DNA of 64,000 nucleotides from a virus. The notes beneath the pieces are model-generated. The model was given only the letters and a program-made list of their open reading frames with translations, made no database searches and had not been told where the DNA came from. Every line of letters begins with the position of its first letter. Position 1 is the first letter of the stretch. The DNA is taken from positions 21,512 through 85,511 of the IMG/VR virus record IMGVR_UViG_3300007517_000005; one strand, 5' to 3'. Positions 22,189-32,331 of this stretch are shown piece after piece. A program made the translations under genes and the position numbers.

Positions 22189-23437
22189 ATGAAAAGAGCA
22201 CTCGTTGAGAGACATACTGTACTCCTCGCTACAGTCGGCAGTATCGCATATGGTCTGACATTATCTACCTCCGATAAGGATATCAAAGGCATCTGCATCG
22301 CACCCGCTGAATATTACTACGGTCTCAAACAGTTCGAGCAGAAGGATAAAGGCTGGGATGATACAACAGATCTCTCAAGTGGTCTATTCCCAGTCCTTGA
22401 TGGTATTAAAGACTGCACTATATATGAGCTCAAGAAGTTCCTCCGCCTGGCCATGAATAATAACCCCATAGTACTGGAGATGTTATGGCTCAACGATTAT
22501 GAGTACTTATCTACAATAGGGCGTGCACTTGTTCGTAGTAGACATCTATTCCTATCCAAGAAGGTCAAGCATACCTTCCCAAGGGTCGTAGCCTACGGCA
22601 CCTACATAGGCTACGCATACGCACAACTGAAGAAAGTATCTACACATAAGTCATGGTTACTCAACCCCCCTACTGCTAAGCCTCAAGCTAATGACTATGG
22701 CTTAGATGATGCACACCTCCCTGTCGGGAGTGCTAACGACCTCCCTGTCGGGAGTGCTAGCAACGCTGTGAGCGTAGCGACTAACGACCTCCCCTTAACT
22801 AAGAGTCAGATGGGCTCATTCCTAGAGTACATACTAGTGCTCACTAAAGATAGTATTGAATTCATGGAACCCGTGGCTGAACTCAAGAAGCTACTACTCG
22901 AAGATATAGACCTTACCGCTATCGTTAAACAGAGACCACTAACTACTGATGTTATACCCTATGTGCAGGCATTGACACGTGGTAGTACAAACTTCATGCA
23001 ATTACTACAAGCTAGTCAGGCTTATAGGAAGGCTATCTCTGAGTGGGATAACTACCAACAATGGAAGACTAATAGGAACCCAAAGAGGGCCGCACTTGAA
23101 GCACATTGTGGGTTTGACTCTAAACATGCTGTGCATAGTGCCGCATGGCTGCGACTGCCAAGGAGTGTACGTCTATTACGTCAAGGTCTTGAGGTGTTAC
23201 TACATGGTACCCTCACTGTTGATAGGCGTGGTTGATAGGCGTGACGCGGGTGATGCACCGCAGTTACTCGCTATACGTAATGGTGAGTATACCTATGAGC
23301 AAGTCATTGAGATAACTGATGCCCTATTCCTAGAAGTAGATGAGGCTTATAAACTATCCACTCTACCTCATGGGGTGCATCAGGAACATATAGATATACT
23401 GTGCACACAGTGGGTGCGAGATAGTCTGAGTAATTAA
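22189..23437 (+). pseudogene. Predicted nucleotidyltransferase (YcgL/RlaP/NrdC.11-like), frameshifted near the 3' end
   Basis: GSIAYGL..SDKDIKG, NNPIVLEML, GYAYAQ, RNPKRAALE..GFDSKHA..RLL; the C-terminal DAGDA..LLAIRNG is in another frame owing to a 13-bp tandem duplication (23218-23243); three in-frame element insertions. Confidence 0.85.
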
Positions 23438-23771
23438 CACTACGTTTGACCTACCTTTCTGATGTAGAGCACATACCATTACATAATAGATACAATGTCA
23501 CATTGGCCGCAGACCCTAATATTGATTACGTTATGTGGAATGAGTGAGGCCCTGTAGAACATACATGCGGTGTCCCTATACAGATTAGAGTAGTAGGAGA
23601 TGACGCACCTGTATTATTAACTGCCTCCACTCATCGTTAAACCCAGTACATCATAGATGTCCAGCATCTTTGATGCAGTAGCTATTAAAGCATTAGCATA
23701 CACTATCCATAGTTGTGGTAGTGATTCTGTACCACCACACCTCATTGAAGAGTTTAGAGGGGTGGTACATA

Positions 23772-24257
23772 TTACAATCCCTGACCCGTCGGTTTTATGA
23801 TAGCTGCCCCATTAACAGAGGCTAGTAATATAACCGTATCGGGTGCTGCATTGGGGTGTATTATAGTTGTACTAATCCCCCTACCAGCAGCCACATTACC
23901 CGCCTTAGTCAATGTCTCGCACACACTCACACCATCTATCATGGGCGTTATTAACCACCTACCATACTTATCCTTACCGTGTAATAAGAACTTGATCTCT
24001 GTATCTATAGGGAGGGCCGCACTTAATCTACCCCTAGCCTCTACGCCAGCTACTGTCCCCATCTCCGCTGCATAGAACTTCCATAGTCTGCACCTTACCT
24101 TCTTCAAGGTTAGCATCCCATCCCCCTGAATGTAGTAATCAGGTGGTAAGATAGATATACAGGGCATCACTATGGGCGTTAGGTTTATATCTAAGATTAA
24201 TGTATCCCCGTCCACTATGCGCTTGACTATCCCTGCGTGAGCTACTATCTGTTTCAT
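23772..24257 (-). CDS. Thermonuclease (SNase-family) protein
   Basis: RIVDGDTL...RCRL...AAEM...GKDKYGRWL motifs. Confidence 0.82.
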   Translation of the reverse strand: MKQIVAHAGIVKRIVDGDTLILDINLTPIVMPCISILPPDYYIQGDGMLTLKKVRCRLWKFYAAEMGTVAGVEARGRLSAALPIDTEIKFLLHGKDKYGRWLITPMIDGVSVCETLTKAGNVAAGRGISTTIIHPNAAPDTVILLASVNGAAIIKPTGQGL

Positions 24258-24276
24258 ACCCTATACCCTTAAGAAC

Positions 24277-25674
24277 ATGACTGATCTGATGACTATGACC
24301 GCACTGGCCTCGGACTGTACCCCACAACAGTTGGCACTAGATTTCATTACCTATAAGGGTTCGCAGTGGGTGCCCATTACTCGTATATACCGCAACACAA
24401 ACTATTACTACAATAATCAGAAGTACCTATCACAACATGGGCAATCCCTTACCCTCACAGGTGTTGAACTACTAGAGTATAAGAACTTATACCATGCACA
24501 GGTAGGGTATAAGTTGAAAGGGCCTCAACTTACTATCGTAGATACCGCTAAGGCAACAGCTTACTTACATCTACTCAATCTTAAATCACACACCCCTTTA
24601 GGGACCGTGAACGACACTTGTGGGCAATCGTGGTTACATGACACTGCTACAGTAACTGATATCACCTCTACCTTAGAGGCATTATTAGAACAGCCAGTAG
24701 ACTCGCTACGCTACCCAGCGTTGCTAGGCTGTCACAATACTATCCTTGCTGACTTGATGCGTATTACACAGGATAAGGGATTGCATTGGACTCCCTATGT
24801 TAATGGCATATACTTACCTATGGTCGAGGCATCACTCGCTAAAGGTATGGAGAAAGATGATTACTCTTCCAATAGCTGGGGCCCTAAATTACCTGGCACC
24901 TCTTACCTACTCAAAGGGGATTACTTACGTACCTTCAAAGATAACTACATTCGTGAGCATGGGTCGTGGCCTTACCCGCGTACCCGCTCCCTCTGTATAG
25001 GGGATTGGGAGCATGCCTATGGTTACTTAGTGCAAGGGAAGAGTACCACTGCTAATGCCTTCCAATCAATGGGCGCTAATAGCATACAGCAAATAGTTAC
25101 TATAGCCCCACCCTGTCCTGAGACGTGGGCCTCTGAAGAGACATTGGTGGATCGTGTGTTTAAGTTGATGGAACTATCCCCCATCAGTATGCAGCGTGAG
25201 GCTTGCTTCAGTAACTCACTCGCTAATACACCCACTACTAGACGTGTAGATGCCATTGAACATGTGCACTCCCCTGATGGTATTAATCGTGTACATGTAT
25301 ATGAGTTCAAGAAGACTAGGATTACAGGGGCCGATGTCTACGATACCGTAGCTGGTAAAGGGTACCTACATCTAGTAAAGGAACAGTACCCTACCTCTAA
25401 AGTGTGCCTATTCATGGTCGGTAATGCTATCGATCCCATGGCACAGCGATTACTTGAGTGCATGTCAGGTGTTGTCTACTTACCACTGAGTACACTACTC
25501 AATCGTATACTCGCCTCCATCATTAACTCCTGGCCGCAGGAAGGGCATTACCAATTACGTAAGCACTACCTCAGTCAGTTCAGTGACATACTCCCGCAGG
25601 AGATGCTATCCGGCCCAGTGCAACACCCACAGATAATAGCTACGTACATTAAACCTCGTACCATAACAACATGA
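24277..25674 (+). CDS. Protein with C-terminal PD-(D/E)xK nuclease-like domain
   Basis: RRVDAIE...VYEFKK; contains a 27-bp in-frame family A element (24701-24727). Confidence 0.55.
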   Translation: MTDLMTMTALASDCTPQQLALDFITYKGSQWVPITRIYRNTNYYYNNQKYLSQHGQSLTLTGVELLEYKNLYHAQVGYKLKGPQLTIVDTAKATAYLHLLNLKSHTPLGTVNDTCGQSWLHDTATVTDITSTLEALLEQPVDSLRYPALLGCHNTILADLMRITQDKGLHWTPYVNGIYLPMVEASLAKGMEKDDYSSNSWGPKLPGTSYLLKGDYLRTFKDNYIREHGSWPYPRTRSLCIGDWEHAYGYLVQGKSTTANAFQSMGANSIQQIVTIAPPCPETWASEETLVDRVFKLMELSPISMQREACFSNSLANTPTTRRVDAIEHVHSPDGINRVHVYEFKKTRITGADVYDTVAGKGYLHLVKEQYPTSKVCLFMVGNAIDPMAQRLLECMSGVVYLPLSTLLNRILASIINSWPQEGHYQLRKHYLSQFSDILPQEMLSGPVQHPQIIATYIKPRTITT

Positions 25675-25904
25675 CAGTTACACCTCACAATAGAGAGATG
25701 ATCCTGAAACTATGGCTTGTACAGCGTACAGATGGCGTAGAAGAAGATGAAATAGATTCTATGGTCATCGCTTCTCCCACTAGTGAAGATGCTATACGAC
25801 TGTTCTACAAGGCCTGTGCACATAATATATGGTCCCGTCAAAGGGATCTACTCACTACCTGTATTGGTACGAGTAACGATGATAAGCCCTGTATAATACT
25901 CTAA
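25671..25904 (+). CDS. Small protein, paralog of the repeats in 33714-34235
   Basis: LWLVxRTD...MV...CIG pattern shared. Confidence 0.55.
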   Translation: MTVTPHNREMILKLWLVQRTDGVEEDEIDSMVIASPTSEDAIRLFYKACAHNIWSRQRDLLTTCIGTSNDDKPCIIL

Positions 25905-25907
25905 GGT

Positions 25908-26639
25908 ATGACAGATATGCAACATTGGCAGAAGGAACATCCACTATACGCATTGAGCGTACGTAACCCTAAACCTAATAGGAAGTTACTATATGAAGGG
26001 GAAGACTTTGTAGTTAGATGGTCTAAGTATTATATAAAGACGTATGCACGCTGGGATGATGAATTACGTAATGGTAGTAATACCTTTCATGTTCACACTG
26101 ATGTCTATCATGCTAATTCTGATGATAAATCAGAATGTGTATTCCTATCTGATGTACCTGAGCAAGTGGCACGTATACCTCAACATGTACGTGCCCTTCA
26201 GAAGTGGAATGGGTGCCATTCTATAGGCCCCTGGTACTACTTAGAGAATACCGTGTATCTAGCTGGTAATAGAGACTATAATGGATTACTTGAAGGGGAA
26301 GTTAGACAGTTACGTAATGGGAAGACTGGTCAGCTAGTATGGCAACTCTCAGTCCTAGATGATAAGGGCAATGAGGTACCACGTCATACCCTCCAATCTA
26401 TTAACCCAGAAGGTGATACCTGCCCGACTACTGAATATAAACTAGTGTGGCGGCCATGGAATCAGATAGGTAAAGGTAAAGAGAGACAGTTAAATGCTGC
26501 TAGAGAGGTCGCTATATGGCCTGATGCTACTGATGAACAATTGATGTCTGATGACCTGAGACAATTGCTGATTGATAGACACCCTGCCCTAATACAAGAG
26601 TTCCATGGTGTGATAGTGGGGCTGGGGTTCACTTGGTAA
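25908..26639 (+). CDS. Hypothetical phage protein
   Basis: 243-aa ORF in a co-directional run. Confidence 0.6.
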   Translation: MTDMQHWQKEHPLYALSVRNPKPNRKLLYEGEDFVVRWSKYYIKTYARWDDELRNGSNTFHVHTDVYHANSDDKSECVFLSDVPEQVARIPQHVRALQKWNGCHSIGPWYYLENTVYLAGNRDYNGLLEGEVRQLRNGKTGQLVWQLSVLDDKGNEVPRHTLQSINPEGDTCPTTEYKLVWRPWNQIGKGKERQLNAAREVAIWPDATDEQLMSDDLRQLLIDRHPALIQEFHGVIVGLGFTW

Positions 26640-26684
26640 TATTACACGATACTAATTAGGGGCACTGCACCCTAGGAGAAAGCT

Positions 26685-28724
26685 ATGACTACATATGACT
26701 TCAAAGCCTTTGCTACCGCTATCAATGATCACTTCAAGTTGATGGCTAACTATAACCTATATACCACTACTGCTTCTAAAGATGATCTATACGACGCATA
26801 CCTACAAGCATACCCTGATGGTACTAACCCTATATACGTGAATCGTACAGAGTATGATTGCTCTACCTGTAAGGAATTCATACGTAACATTGGGGGTGCG
26901 GTTGCTATCGTAGATGGGGCAATAGTACCTGTGTGGGATGTGCCGGGGCTTGAGTACCCATACAATGTGGTTGCTGAGACTATGTCCGCTTACGTTACAT
27001 CACACCCTATTAGCTCTGTCTTCTGCCTTAAAGAACTATCCTATGGTGCACCACATAGTAAACAGTTATTACAGGGTGGGGATATACGCACCTGGTACCA
27101 CTTCTATGCGCGTGTAGATGCTAAGTACCATTCCAATACCCCGGCACAAGTTATAGGGGACTCTATTACTGCTATGCAAGTCCTACGTAGAGGATTGAGT
27201 GAGTTAACCCTGGACTCTATCACTACTGTACTAGAACTCATAGATACTAACTCTATCTATAGAGGGGCTGAACATAGGGCCGCTCTCGTAGCCTTTAAGA
27301 CACTTAAGGAGTCGTATGACACTACACCCGCAGAACAACAGGAACTACTGCTATGGCTTAATGTGACACACCATAATGCACGGTTCCGTAATACTGTCAT
27401 CGGTACATTAGTACAAGACCTATCAGATGGTGTGGAACTAGAGAAGGCAGTACACTCCTTCGAGACTAAGGTTGCACCTACTAACTATAAGAGGACTAAG
27501 TCCCTTATTACACCCGGTATGCGCGATGGTGCCCTGAAGACCGTGCGGGAGTTGGGGCTTGAACCCTCCCTCAGTCGTAGACATGCACGTGTATCTGATG
27601 TCTCCATTAATGATGTCCTGTGGGTTGATAATGCAGTACGGGGGCTTATGAAGGAAGGCGGTATAGCTGCACTACTGCAGACACAAGTTAAGGTTAAACC
27701 CCCTAACTTAGATAGTGCTACCCCTATCAGTATTGAAGACTTCATGTCCTCTGTACTCCCACAGACTACTACGCTGCAGGTATTACTGGAGAGTAGATTA
27801 CTAGGTAACCTAATGAGCCTCACTGCACCTTGTGATGTGAGCTCCCCGCGTATCTTTAAGTGGGGTAATAACTTCGGGTGGTCATACCGTGATAATGTGG
27901 CCGATAGTATTATCAAGCAGAGAGTTAAAGGGGCGGGGGGTAATGTTACCGCCCCCTTTAGGGTTAGCCTCGCATGGTTTAACTATGATGACCTAGACAT
28001 ATACGTTTATGTACCTGGGGGCGGGTGGCCTATATGCTTCATGAATAGGACTGTGGGCACAGGTACATTGGATGTAGATGCAAATGCAGGTCGTCGTCGC
28101 AGTAGAACACCCGTCGAGAATGTATGTTGGACCGCTCCGATAAATGGCACCTATCAGGTACACGTTAAGAACTTCAGTAAGAGAGAGTCTATTGATGTAG
28201 GCTTTACCTTAGAAGTAGAATCCATGGGGATTATCTCTACATACCATTACGACCGCCCTGTAGGTGATCGCTGTATTGTACATTGCCTAACCATTACCGT
28301 CAGGGGTGGACAGGTAACTGATATCACAGCCGCCCCCAATGTAGAAGGTAATTCATCTTCCACGACTGAGTGGGGCCTCATGACACAGACACTCGTGAAG
28401 GTAGATACCGTAATCCTCAGCCCTAATTACTGGGGGGATAATCATAGTGGTAATAAGCACTGGTTCTTTATCCTACATGAGTGCCTCAACCCTGAGCCTA
28501 CTAGGGGTATCTATAATGAGTTCCTGCGCCATGAACTAGAATCACATAAAAAGGTGTTTGAGGTGCTCGGTGATCTTACTAAAGTACCGCCTGTGCCTGA
28601 ACAACTATCAGGCCTAGGGTTTTCGTCTACACGTAACGATAAGCTTAAAGTCATAGCTACTGGCATCAAAGCTAACAGCGCCGTGAGCATATCGACTAAA
28701 GCCTATGAGATTAACTTCTCGTAA
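26685..28724 (+). CDS. Conserved phage protein with YfaP/DUF2135-like domain
   Basis: 679 aa; YDCSTCKEFIR N-terminus; SLAWFNYDDLDIYV...LDVDANAG...PVENV; AGGAG RBS. Confidence 0.6.
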   Translation: MTTYDFKAFATAINDHFKLMANYNLYTTTASKDDLYDAYLQAYPDGTNPIYVNRTEYDCSTCKEFIRNIGGAVAIVDGAIVPVWDVPGLEYPYNVVAETMSAYVTSHPISSVFCLKELSYGAPHSKQLLQGGDIRTWYHFYARVDAKYHSNTPAQVIGDSITAMQVLRRGLSELTLDSITTVLELIDTNSIYRGAEHRAALVAFKTLKESYDTTPAEQQELLLWLNVTHHNARFRNTVIGTLVQDLSDGVELEKAVHSFETKVAPTNYKRTKSLITPGMRDGALKTVRELGLEPSLSRRHARVSDVSINDVLWVDNAVRGLMKEGGIAALLQTQVKVKPPNLDSATPISIEDFMSSVLPQTTTLQVLLESRLLGNLMSLTAPCDVSSPRIFKWGNNFGWSYRDNVADSIIKQRVKGAGGNVTAPFRVSLAWFNYDDLDIYVYVPGGGWPICFMNRTVGTGTLDVDANAGRRRSRTPVENVCWTAPINGTYQVHVKNFSKRESIDVGFTLEVESMGIISTYHYDRPVGDRCIVHCLTITVRGGQVTDITAAPNVEGNSSSTTEWGLMTQTLVKVDTVILSPNYWGDNHSGNKHWFFILHECLNPEPTRGIYNEFLRHELESHKKVFEVLGDLTKVPPVPEQLSGLGFSSTRNDKLKVIATGIKANSAVSISTKAYEINFS

Positions 28725-28784
28725 GATTATACGTGGGGTATGTCTATCCCCACTACCACACACATAGCTATGGAGACACACAAT

Positions 28785-29055
28785 GTCAGGAACTCAAGGC
28801 GAAAGCCACTGAGCTTGTAAGACGCAAGTTGAAGCAAGCTATTCTGACCAGCCTAAGTCGTTACGCTCTTAGCGTTGCTAAGTCTTAACTGACTACGTTA
28901 TTTGAGTCACGACACCCTGGGATCTTGCTAGTCCTCTGCCCTGTCGCTAGTGGTTAAACAGTTCTAAAGTCACTGGAACAGTGCTACTAGCCTAGCTACG
29001 CTCCCAGCGTAGCGACCTAACAAACTCTTATAACATTGGCGAAGCAAACATTACC
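28785..29055 (+). ncRNA. IscB omegaRNA (HEARO-type) scaffold with two family A insertions
   Basis: TGACCAGCCTAAG, GACTACGTT, GACACCCTGGGAT, TTAAACAG..CAGTG and AACATTGGCGAAGCAAACATTACC hallmarks. Confidence 0.8.
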
Positions 29056-29293
29056 TAAGAAATTAGAGGCCCCACAAGGGCAACCGTTATGCGTACAGGG
29101 TTGTGAGATTTGAGATGGTAATTGTCCCATCGAAAGTGCCGTAGGCTACGACCCTTGGGGAGTACACTACAAAAGTACACCTAGTCAAACAGCCCCAAGG
29201 CGGTAATGGATAGATTCACGGTGGTTCAAACCACCCGCGTTGTTTCCCTCTCAGGGCTAAGGCCACTGAGTTTCCCACTTACCGAGGTTTTCT
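28785..29293 (+). mobile_element. Non-autonomous IS200/IS605 IscB-type element with iscB almost entirely deleted
   Basis: Starts GTCAGGAACTCAAGGCGAAAGCCACTGAG; matching end hairpin CTCAGGGCTAAGGCCACTGAG; ends before ATGA; only ATGCGT and a short remnant of iscB are left. Confidence 0.8.
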
Positions 29294-29725
29294 ATGACCA
29301 CTACAGATATCAATGACATCTTCTTCTACGCCGCTGTTCATAAGTTACGTTACCCCTCCTGCACGGGTATGCTCACTACTGAGCAATTGCTAGACTTACC
29401 CCTTGTGTATAGTGGGTCGGGTGCACCACGCCCTAACTTAGATGATACCGCTAAGGCTATCAATATCGAACTCCGTGGCTATGCTGAAGAGTCCTTCGTG
29501 CGTAAGGGTGTCAATCGACAGGAAGCAGAACTGAGAGCAGCCCTTGAGATAGTTAAGTACATCATCGCTTACAAGCAGGATGAGGATAAGAAGAAGGCTG
29601 ATAAGGTAAGTAAGGCTTCTAAGAGAGCTACATTATTGGAGGCCTTTGAAGCTAAACAGAAGGCTGAGTTAGGCGCTATGTCAACAGAGGATTTACTTAA
29701 GCAGTTGGCTGCCTTGGAGGATTAA
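29294..29725 (+). CDS. Conserved phage coiled-coil protein, likely partner of the 679-aa gene
   Basis: KLRYPS..GMLTTEQLLDLPL..LDDTAK..ESFV pattern. Confidence 0.65.
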   Translation: MTTTDINDIFFYAAVHKLRYPSCTGMLTTEQLLDLPLVYSGSGAPRPNLDDTAKAINIELRGYAEESFVRKGVNRQEAELRAALEIVKYIIAYKQDEDKKKADKVSKASKRATLLEAFEAKQKAELGAMSTEDLLKQLAALED

Positions 29726-29969
29726 TGAAGTTCTATTACTGCGTAAGGTAGAACAAGAAGATTACTGTATCAGAGATGCTGGACATCTCTGATGTACTGG
29801 CTTAGCAGTCTCACGTTACCCTCAATAATGAGACATATGCTGGTGGCACATCGAACGCTTGGTATTTAAGCCTGACCACAAGCTAGTCCCTCAAACTGAG
29901 GACGGTGGAATTGATTGGGGTCGAGTGGCACGAGTTAGTATTTTCTGGATAGGAGATTATCATGACTGA
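29725..29969 (+). pseudogene. Degraded HigB-like toxin gene
   Basis: C-terminal KPDHKLVPQTEDGGIDWGRVARVSIFWIGDYHD overlaps the higA start; upstream part is broken by stops and frameshifts. Confidence 0.6.
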
Positions 29970-30267
29970 AGTTTTACAGCCTTTTACCCCGGATTGGATC
30001 TCGCCGCCAGGGGAGACGATAGCTGATTTAATTGAAGAACGGGGCTGGAGTCAGGTTGATTTAGCAAAACGCCTGGGCTACACCTCGAAGCACATAAGCT
30101 TGTTGATCAATGGTAAAGCGTCGATCACAGAAGAAATAGCACTCAAATTAGAAGATGTATTGGGCAGTAGTACAAGCTTTTGGTTGAGCAGGGAAGCACA
30201 GTATCGCGCAAAGCTGGCTCAACAGGGAGCCGGCGCTCTTACGTACAAGGAGAACATTGGCTCATGA
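29962..30267 (+). CDS. higA: HigA-family antitoxin (XRE HTH)
   Basis: PDWISPPGETIADLIEERGWSQVDLAKRLG..KHISLLINGKASIT..ALKLE..FWLSREAQYR. Confidence 0.88.
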   Translation: MTEVLQPFTPDWISPPGETIADLIEERGWSQVDLAKRLGYTSKHISLLINGKASITEEIALKLEDVLGSSTSFWLSREAQYRAKLAQQGAGALTYKENIGS

Positions 30268-30653
30268 TGACTGTTAATACTGCTGGCCCATTATCGTGTC
30301 ACGCACAACTAGCTGGTGGTAAACTACTGCACCTCCATAAGTGTACCGATGATACCTCCCTGCTGCGACAAGACTATTGGGTCTATGGTATTACATTGCC
30401 TTCAATAGGTGAGACCTATACTGAGATGTGTGAAGAACATCGAGCATATTTAGAGTCTCCAGAAGTTATTAATTGGATACTCAACACCTACCACCTGAAA
30501 GAAGATGTCTTCAATAAAGAGTATACTTACCATAACTTTACCTTTGAATGTTTGGATATTGACCATAGAGCTACATGGGTTTTCATTAATGAGGCAGCCT
30601 ATATTTATGAGTTCACACTTGATTGCGATACTCTCTACTTCTGCAGTCCCTGA
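30264..30653 (+). CDS. Hypothetical protein
   Basis: AAGGAG RBS and ATG at 30264; its 5' end is duplicated, degenerate, at about 30697-30800. Confidence 0.55.
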   Translation: MMTVNTAGPLSCHAQLAGGKLLHLHKCTDDTSLLRQDYWVYGITLPSIGETYTEMCEEHRAYLESPEVINWILNTYHLKEDVFNKEYTYHNFTFECLDIDHRATWVFINEAAYIYEFTLDCDTLYFCSP

Positions 30654-30912
30654 AGTTTGATACACATAAGGGGGCAGTAATATACCCGCCCTCCCTACAT
30701 ACAAGGAGAACATTGACTCATGACTAATAACTCACTACAGTATAACGTACGCTATGGCTTCTTAGATGGCGGTGAGCTACTACACCTCCATAAGTGTGTG
30801 CGTACAATGAGGCGTTAAGCATATAGTTATGGGCCGGCCTATTGTCACACAGAGAAGTAAGTTGATGTCAGTTATTTAATGAGGCAAGAGCTATAAAAGA
30901 GAGAGGATAACT

Positions 30913-31245
30913 ATGAGATGTATATACACTGTCCACACTGGCATATACGAGGAAAGAGACGATAATCTGTGGCCTACACCGAGACCCCCTATGTTAGATT
31001 ACGTGTACAAGTGCACGGTGAACTACTCCTGCAAACTACCACCATCTATTAATGCCTCCGTGTGGGAATTGGTAAAGCCCCTTGGTATGCCAAGCATGTG
31101 GTGGGCTACTGATGTATTGACACCCCCTTCTATAGGCTGGGATGTGGATGTACCTGGTCATACCACAGAAGTCAGGATCATAGGTATGAAACAGTATAAG
31201 CATCATCTAGTAGCTTCTTGTAAGGTTCTACATGAACAGAGTTAG
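30913..31245 (+). CDS. Hypothetical protein
   Basis: GAGGA RBS. Confidence 0.5.
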   Translation: MRCIYTVHTGIYEERDDNLWPTPRPPMLDYVYKCTVNYSCKLPPSINASVWELVKPLGMPSMWWATDVLTPPSIGWDVDVPGHTTEVRIIGMKQYKHHLVASCKVLHEQS

Positions 31246-31327
31246 ATATGCCCCCCTTGTAAAGGTGGAGTCAATGAAGGGAATTACCGGGTTCTAAGTT
31301 AACTTAGATAGTTTATTAAGCGTCACT

Positions 31328-32232
31328 ATGAACTACATAGACATTCACGATAAGATCATTGGTACCACGCACAGTCTAGAATTATTACCGCCTTCTATTT
31401 TGGAGGATGTACTGAATACCTAGCAACGCTGGGAGCGTAGCGACCTACTGTACATTCAATTATGTCAGAGATATGCAGCACCCGTCTATCAAGGTAAATA
31501 TACATGCTGCTATGGATACGGGTATGGGTACTTACCGCACTGTGTGCACTGTATTGATTGATAATCTACCTAGCATACTCTTCTTAGTGAATACTGATCG
31601 TGAAGAATATGAGTACTCCTATGAAGAGCTGCAACTTAGTTGACATATGAGTGTACAATGTCGTATTATACATGTAACGAGTTGAGGGCAGGATTATAAA
31701 TTATGTTACCCCTGAAGAAGCAGCACAGCACTTAGGTGTTACTTAACCCATAACTATAAGGTTATACTTCTGCTTACCTTTGAGACTTCCAACATGGTGG
31801 CCAAGGTAAAGAGAAGGATTGGGTCTAAGACTGCCAGGGTCATGTTAACGAGGTTCAAGCAGACATTAAAGCATCAAGCTGAACTTTGCTCCCGTGAGGT
31901 AGTAGAAGTGTCTGAAGCCTACACCAGTAAGACTTGTACCAAGTGCGGACAAGTACATACAAAGCTAGGTCGCTACGCTCCCAGCGTTGCTAGGCAGTTC
32001 CAAGATCTTTAGGTGCCCTTGGCATTATGCTAAGGGCTTTGAGGGATATCTCCACTACATTAAGTAGTGCTATCATTGACCCCTGAGTAGTGATATTCAG
32101 GAATGTTCAGTGTAAATATATCAGCTAGGTGGTACACGTATGTTGTACGGTAAGGCATACATCTATGAGCGCAGAGTCAGTGGCTATGTCGAGAACACAG
32201 AAGGGTTAGGGGTTTTACTAGACCGTAGATAA
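31328..32232 (+). pseudogene. 127-aa gene broken by a family A element and an IS607 remnant
   Basis: Removing 31423-31447 and 31629-32124 restores one uninterrupted ORF (MNYIDIHDK...EYSYEE|LGGTRMLY...LLDRR*). Confidence 0.7.
31629..32124 (+). mobile_element. Internally deleted IS607-family element (tnpA and tnpB remnants)
   Basis: YVTPEEAAQHLGV (TnpA HTH start); TnpB C-terminus FKQTL..VSEAYTSKTCTKCG..KLGSSKIFRCP..GIMLRAL; AG at both boundaries. Confidence 0.8.
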
Positions 32233-32253
32233 ACCCTACACACACAATAAAAA

Positions 32254-32286
32254 GGGGAGTGCTATCAGATAGACACTCCCCCGTTT
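32254..32286. terminator. Intrinsic terminator-like hairpin
   Basis: AAAAA-GGGGAGTG...CACTCCCC-CGTTT. Confidence 0.5.
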
Positions 32287-32331
32287 GCGTGGTACACTAT
32301 AAATATCAACCTAAATAGGGGACCCCGCAAT

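Noticed and set aside
22979-23437. Separate 152-aa gene
   Set aside because: Only its 3' part is meaningful, as the frameshifted tail of the nucleotidyltransferase
31794-32012. Functional TnpB nuclease
   Set aside because: Only a C-terminal fragment, itself frameshifted by a 25-bp element
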